From an uncultured delta proteobacterium (GTDB taxonomy: Bacteria; Myxococcota_A; Polyangia; Fen-1088), in contig CAVYGB010000008.1 of NCBI GenBank assembly GCA_963767925.1, forward strand, positions 3,168,001 through 3,232,000: a stretch of DNA of 64,000 nucleotides. The letters run 5' to 3'. Both the position numbers and the translations under genes were made by a program. The notes beneath the pieces are model-generated. The model had not been told where the DNA came from and searched no databases. It saw only the letters and a program-made list of their open reading frames with translations. Positions 58,732-64,000 of the stretch are shown here, one piece after another. Position 1 is the stretch's first letter, and every line of letters begins with the position of its first letter.

Positions 58732-59523
58732 ATGACCAGACCAGCCAAAGCAGCCATTATGACCGCCCTTCCTTTCGGCCTGCTCCTCGGTCTCGCCGGC
58801 GCGCCGAGCGTCGCGAGCGCCCAGATGCGCGGCGGAGGGATGCCGGCGACGCCGGTGGGCCTGCCCCTCGACAAGGTGCCGGTGGGCACCTGGGCCGAAT
58901 ACAGCCTCAAGCGAGGCGATGGACCGGTCCGGACCCTGCGACAGGCCCTCGTCGCCCGCGACAAAGGGACCCACGTCATCGAGACCCGGACGCAAAATCA
59001 GCGCGGGGAGAAGGTCCTCACCCGCAGCATCGTGACGTCCGACCCGACCCAGGAAGGCGGGGTCAAGAAGCACATCGTCCAGATGGGCGACACCGACCCG
59101 ATGGAGATGCCGGTCGCCGGGGGCGGCGGTCCGGGCGGCGGCGGCGGCGAGGGCCGCGGCGGCGGACGGGGCGCCCGCTTCATCAAGCCCGACGCCAAGT
59201 CGCTGGTCGGCAAGGAGACGGTCAAGGTCGCGGCCGGCAGCTTCCAGACCGAGCACTACCGCACCGAGGGCCGGCGCGGCGGCACCATCGACTACTGGAT
59301 CGCCCGCGAGCCGGGCAAGGACGCCGGACCCTTCGGGCTCGTGAAGCTGGAGATGGACCGCCCGGGCGGCGCCGATGGCGACGACGGCGGCAAGCTGGTA
59401 GTGGAGCTGTCGGCGAAGGGCAAAGACGCCAAGCCCGAGCTCACCAAGGCAGCCAAGCCCTTCGACGCCGAAGCCATGCGGGCCCGCTTCGGCGGCGGCA
59501 ACCGCGGCGGCGGCGGCCAGTAA
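58732..59523 (+). CDS. Hypothetical secreted protein
   Basis: GGAG RBS; signal peptide ending ASA; VGTWAEY and ETVKVAAGSF motifs. Confidence 0.75.
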   Translation: MTRPAKAAIMTALPFGLLLGLAGAPSVASAQMRGGGMPATPVGLPLDKVPVGTWAEYSLKRGDGPVRTLRQALVARDKGTHVIETRTQNQRGEKVLTRSIVTSDPTQEGGVKKHIVQMGDTDPMEMPVAGGGGPGGGGGEGRGGGRGARFIKPDAKSLVGKETVKVAAGSFQTEHYRTEGRRGGTIDYWIAREPGKDAGPFGLVKLEMDRPGGADGDDGGKLVVELSAKGKDAKPELTKAAKPFDAEAMRARFGGGNRGGGGQ

Positions 59524-59590
59524 CCCCGGCGCCCGGGGCGCGGTAGCGATCGGCGGGGCGGCCGGCGGCGCCTCCCCTCCTCGGTTGGTC

Positions 59591-61420
59591 TCAGGGTGGG
59601 GCGACGGGGAGCTCCACCCGGAAGGTCGAGCCCCGGCCGGGATGGCTCTCGACCGACACCGTGCCCCCCATGGCGTCGCACAGGTGCTTCACGATGGCCA
59701 GCCCGAGCCCGGTGCCCCCCTGCTCGCGCGAGCGCCCGGGATCGACCCGGTAGAAGCGCTCGAACAGGCGGGGCAGGTGCTTGCTCGCGATGCCGGGGCC
59801 GGTGTCGTTGACCAGGATGTGGACGGTGCTGCCTTCGCCCTCGCCCACCTGGCAACCGCTCACCGTGACCGCGCCCCCCTCGTCGCAGTACTTGACCGCG
59901 TTCTCCACCAGGTTGGTGAGCACCTGCACCAGGCCCTCCCAGTCGGCCAGCACCGGCGGCAGGTCCTCGGGGAAATCGGAGGAGAGCTGCAGGCGGCGGC
60001 GCTCGGCCGGCTCGCGGAACACCGCCAGCACCTCCTCGGCCACCTCGCCCGCCGCCACCGGGCCGATCTCGAGGGGAAGCTGCCCCGACTCGACCCGCGA
60101 CAGGTCGAGGAGATCCCGCACCAGGGTGGTCAAGCGCACGGCGTGCCGGTCGGCGATGGCCAGGAAGCGATCCGCTTCCCCGGGGTCGTGGGTCAAAATG
60201 GTCCGGGCCGTCTCGACCGCCGTGCGCACCGCCGTGAGGGGGGTGCGCAGCTCGTGGGAGACGTTGGCCACGAAGTCCTTGCGGACCGCCTCCAGGCGCC
60301 GGATCTCGGTGACGTCGACCAGCACCACCACCGCCCCGGAGCCCTTCCCGGCCAGGGGCGCGGCGTGGACGAGCAGCCGGCGGGCGCGGGGCCTGTCGAT
60401 CCCCACCTCGCCCGAGGCAGGCCGCTGCCGCAGCAGGGTCTCGTCGACGATGGCGTCCAGGTCGGCGCTGCGGACCGCCTCCAGCAAGGAGCGACCCTCG
60501 AGGCGGGCCCCGGCGTGGATCCGGCGGGCGTCGGCGTCGGTCGAGGACTGGGCCCCCGACAGCAGCAGGACCCGGGCGGCCGGGTTGGCCATCAGGATGG
60601 CCCGGTCGTTGCCTACCGTGAGCACACCCTCCTCCATCGCCTCGAGGATCCGCTCGAGCCGGTCGCGCTCGTCGCGCAGGGCACGCAGGGTGGCGCTCAG
60701 GCTGTCGGCGAGCTGGTCCAGGGTGGCGGCGAGCTGGCCGATCTCGTCCTTCGTCTCGGGGCGGATGCGCACGTCGAGGTTGCCCTGGGCGATCTGGCGG
60801 GCGACGCCGGCGATCGACTGCAACGAACGCCCGATCATCTGGGTGGTGAAGGTGGACAGCGCCACCGCCACCACGAGGGCCAGCAGCGAGCCGCCCAGCA
60901 GCAGCCAGCGCAGGCGGGAGACGGCCTCCTCGACCTCGGTGAGGGGCAGGGCCGCCCGCACCACGAAGGGGGTCCCGCCGACCGTGCTGGTACGCCGGGC
61001 CAGGTACAACATCTCCCGCTTCACGGTGGCGCTGACCCGGGTGCTCGAGCCGTCCCCCTGGGACAGGGCGGTCGCCACCTCCTCCCGGCCGGCGTGGTTG
61101 TCCACCCGGGGCAGCTCGGCGAGGGGGACGCCCGAGTCCCCCACCACCCGCCCGTCCTGATCGACGAAGGTGACCCGGGCGGCGGCCCGGCTCCCCAGCT
61201 CGTCGGCCAGACGATCCCAGCCGGCCAGATCCCCGGGCGGCGGGGGGTGGGCCCTGGCCCAGCCCTCGATCAGCTCCAGCCGCCGGCCCAGATCCTCGCG
61301 CACCCGGCGGGTGTGGTCGCGCTCGAGGGCCCGCTCCAGGAACAGGTCGGCGCTCACCAGCGCGGCGGCGATCAGGCAAGTGGTGACGAGCACCAGCTTG
61401 CTGCGAAGGCCCCAGCGCAT
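59591..61420 (-). CDS. phoR: PhoR-like sensor histidine kinase (TM-HAMP-PAS-HisKA-HATPase)
   Basis: [49 protein letters not shown]; follows pstB genes. Confidence 0.92.
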   Translation of the reverse strand: MRWGLRSKLVLVTTCLIAAALVSADLFLERALERDHTRRVREDLGRRLELIEGWARAHPPPPGDLAGWDRLADELGSRAAARVTFVDQDGRVVGDSGVPLAELPRVDNHAGREEVATALSQGDGSSTRVSATVKREMLYLARRTSTVGGTPFVVRAALPLTEVEEAVSRLRWLLLGGSLLALVVAVALSTFTTQMIGRSLQSIAGVARQIAQGNLDVRIRPETKDEIGQLAATLDQLADSLSATLRALRDERDRLERILEAMEEGVLTVGNDRAILMANPAARVLLLSGAQSSTDADARRIHAGARLEGRSLLEAVRSADLDAIVDETLLRQRPASGEVGIDRPRARRLLVHAAPLAGKGSGAVVVLVDVTEIRRLEAVRKDFVANVSHELRTPLTAVRTAVETARTILTHDPGEADRFLAIADRHAVRLTTLVRDLLDLSRVESGQLPLEIGPVAAGEVAEEVLAVFREPAERRRLQLSSDFPEDLPPVLADWEGLVQVLTNLVENAVKYCDEGGAVTVSGCQVGEGEGSTVHILVNDTGPGIASKHLPRLFERFYRVDPGRSREQGGTGLGLAIVKHLCDAMGGTVSVESHPGRGSTFRVELPVAPP

Positions 61421-61465
61421 GGACCGGATCAGCCCCTCAGGGCGCGGGCCGGGCCTCGGTCGTCG

Positions 61466-62291
61466 TCATCCGTAGCGGCCTTCGATGTATTCGGCGGTCC
61501 GCGGGTCGCCGGGGTTGAGGAACAGCTTCTCGGTGCGGCTGTGCTCGATCAGCTCGCCCATCAGCATGAAGATGCATTCGTCGCTGGCCCGGCGGGCCTG
61601 GGCCATGTTGTGGGTGACGATGACGATGGTGTAGCGCCCGCGCAGGGCCCACATCAGCTCCTCGATGGCCCGGGTCCCCTCGACGTCGAGGGCCGAGCAG
61701 GGCTCGTCCATCAGGATGATCTCGGGCTTGAGCGGCAGCAGCCGGGCGATGCACAGCTTCTGCTGCTGCTCGAGCTGCAGGCCGATGGCCCTCGTGTCGA
61801 GCCGGTCCTTGAGGTCGGTCCAGAGCCCCACCTCGGTGAGGGCCTTCTCCACCGCCTCGTCGAGGACGGCCCGCTTGAGCTGCTTGCGCTCGTGGTGCAG
61901 GCGCACGCCGAACACCACGTTTTCGTAGACGGAGAGGGGCAGCGGGTTGGGGCGCTGGAAGACCATGCCCACCGACTTGCGCAGCTCGATGCAGCGAGAC
62001 GTCGGCGTCGTAGATGTTCTTGCCGAGGATCTTGATCTCCCCGGTGGTCGTCACGTAGCCGTAGCGCTCGTTGACCCGGTTGAAGCAGCGGAGCAGCGTG
62101 GTCTTGCCGCAGCCCGAGGGGCCGATCAGCGAGGTGATGATCCCCTTCTTGATGGCGACGCTGACCTTGTGCAGCGCCTGAAACTTGCCGTACCAGAGGT
62201 TGAGATCGCGGGTGGCGATGCTCAGCTCGGTGGGCAAGGGCTGCGAGGAGGAGTAGCGGGCGCTGGTGGTGGCGGAAGACTCGGGGTTCAT
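61466..62291 (-). CDS. pstB: PstB-like ATPase of the second operon (apparent frameshift near 61990)
   Basis: GPSGCGKT, MVFQRPNPLP, ILMDEPCSALD, VTHNMAQA, YIEGRYG; signature reads LQLEQ. Confidence 0.85.
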
Positions 62292-63073
62292 CCGAAGATC
62301 CCGTTCACGTATTCGTAGGTCTGCCGGTTGGCGGGCGTGTCCGAGAAGATGACCTCGTTGCGGTCGTTCTCGACGATGTCGCCGTTCCACAGGAACATGG
62401 TGCTGGCTGGCCAGGCGGCGGGCCTGCTGCACCAGGTTGGTGACCAGGATGATCGTCATCTCCTTCTTGCAGCTCCTTGAGCACATCCTCGATGCGCATG
62501 GTGGTGACGGGATCGATGGCGATGGAGAACTCGTCGAGGCAGAGGATCTCCGGCTGGTGGGAGAGCGCGCGGGCGATGGTGAGCCGCTGCTGCTGGCCGC
62601 CCGAGAGCTTGGTGCCCAGGCTGTCGAGGCGGTCCTTGACCTCGTCCCAGAGGGCGGACTGGCGCAGGCAGCGCTCGACGAGGACGTCGAGGTCGGCCTT
62701 GTCGCGCATGCCGGCGGCCCGCGGGGCGAAGGCGACGTTGTCGTAGATGGACAGCGGCAGCCCGACCGGCAGGGGGGCCACCATGCCGACCTTGCGCCGC
62801 AGCTCGTAGACGTTCTCGCATCCGGTCGACGTCCTCGCCGTCGATGCGGATCGAGCCGCTGCACCCGGGCGCCGGCGGTGAACTCGATGGTGCGGTTGAT
62901 GCAGCGGAGCAGCGAGGTCTTGCCCGACTGGGCCGGGCCGATGATGCGCGAAGATCTCGTTGGCGGAGACGTCGAAGGAGATCCCGTGGATGACCTCCTT
63001 GCCCGCCGTAAGCCAGGCGCAGGTCCCGCACCTCGATCTTGGGCCGTTCGGCCCCGGGGGAGCTGGTCACCAC
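62288..63073 (-). CDS. Divergent PstB-like ATPase (several apparent frameshifts)
   Basis: Reconstructed across frames: [52 protein letters not shown]. Confidence 0.75.
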
Positions 63074-63077
63074 GGGC

Positions 63078-63968
63078 TCACCACTTCTTCCGGGAGCGCA
63101 GGTAGAGCCGCACGCCGATGGCGGTGGCGTTGACCAGCAGCACCGCCCCCAGCAGCACGACGGCGGTGGCGTAGGGCAGCGCCCGGGGCGCGTCGGTCAC
63201 CTGGGTGGTGATGGTGAACAGGTGCATCGACAGGGCCATGCACTGATCCCAGATGCTGTAGGCGAAGGGATCGCCCTCCGGGATGCGGCTGGAACAGCAC
63301 CGCCCCGGTGAACATGATGGGCGCGGTCTCGCCGGCGGTGCGCGAGACCTGCAGGATGACCCCGGTCAGGATGCCGCTGATCGAGTTGGGCAGGACGATG
63401 CCCCGGATGGTCTGCCAGCGGCGTGGCCCCCACGTTCCAGCAGGCCTCGCGGAAGGACTGCGGGACGGCGGCCAGCGCCTCCTTGGTGCTGGCGATGATG
63501 ACCGGCAGGGTCATGATGGCCAGGGTGAGCGAGGCGGCCAGGATGGAGCGGCCCATGCCGGCGAAGAGCACGAAGGCGCCCGAGCCCGAACAGGGCGTGC
63601 ACGATGCTGGGCACGCCCGCCAGGTTGACCACCGCCAGGTTGATGATGCGGGTGAACCAGCTCTCGCGGGCGTATTCGTTCAGGTAGACCGCGGCCAGCA
63701 CGCCGATGGGGGCGGCGATGAGCAGCGAGATGCCGACCAGGTAGATGGTCCCCAGCAGGGCCGACCAGATGCCGCCCCGGCGCATGCCCCCGGCCGGGTT
63801 GGTGGTGAGAAAGTCCCAGGAGAGCAGCGGGCGCCGCCTCCTAGACCAGCAGTAGCCGATGATGAGCAGCAGCGGCACCACGATGGCCAGCGACATGAGG
63901 CCGAAGATCCCCTTCGCCATCAGCTCGCGCCGACGATTGCTCTTCCCGAGCTTGGTCTCGGTGAACAT
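63078..63968 (-). CDS. pstA: Second PstA permease (several apparent frameshifts)
   Basis: [46 protein letters not shown] across frames; ends RSRKKW. Confidence 0.8.
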
Positions 63969-64000
63969 GGATCGACCGGGTCGTTACTTCTGGCGGATGC

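Noticed and set aside
63984..64000. Probable 3' tip of a second pstC (…IRQK stop)
   Set aside because: Only 17 bp are visible, too little to call.

Overview
High-GC bacterial DNA, most likely Myxococcota: it has MYXO-CTERM sorting tails, FHA-domain enhancer-binding proteins, a DUF1592/DUF1552 pair and Cys-rich lipoproteins. Main blocks: (1) surface/secreted proteins, including an M11-like peptidase fusion and a 1545-aa five-heme beta-propeller lipoprotein (0.6-9.6 kb); (2) a dense signalling island (9.8-19.5 kb); (3) a Pho cluster (ppk1, sixA, pstSCAB, porin, phoB, phoU) with 11-bp-spaced GTCAC boxes (21.8-31.7 kb); (4) a decayed accessory patch with mazEF (33.3-36.1 kb); (5) housekeeping and uncharacterised genes bracketed by two inverted copies of a ~165-bp hairpin MITE (41.3 and 53.7 kb); (6) GH9/AraC, phoR and a second, frameshift-ridden pst operon with two complementary-degenerate ATPases (54.7-64 kb). 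The best candidate for an undescribed system is a 40-codon secreted two-Cys peptide gene (14107-14229) that the ORF track misses. It has a sigma54-type promoter, is divergent from an FHA-enhancer-binding protein, and converges on a membrane Ser/Thr kinase with an extracytoplasmic beta-propeller. This suggests a peptide-receptor-kinase autoinduction circuit. All family calls are by-eye motif recognition; no database searches were run. No rRNA, tRNA or CRISPR array was seen.
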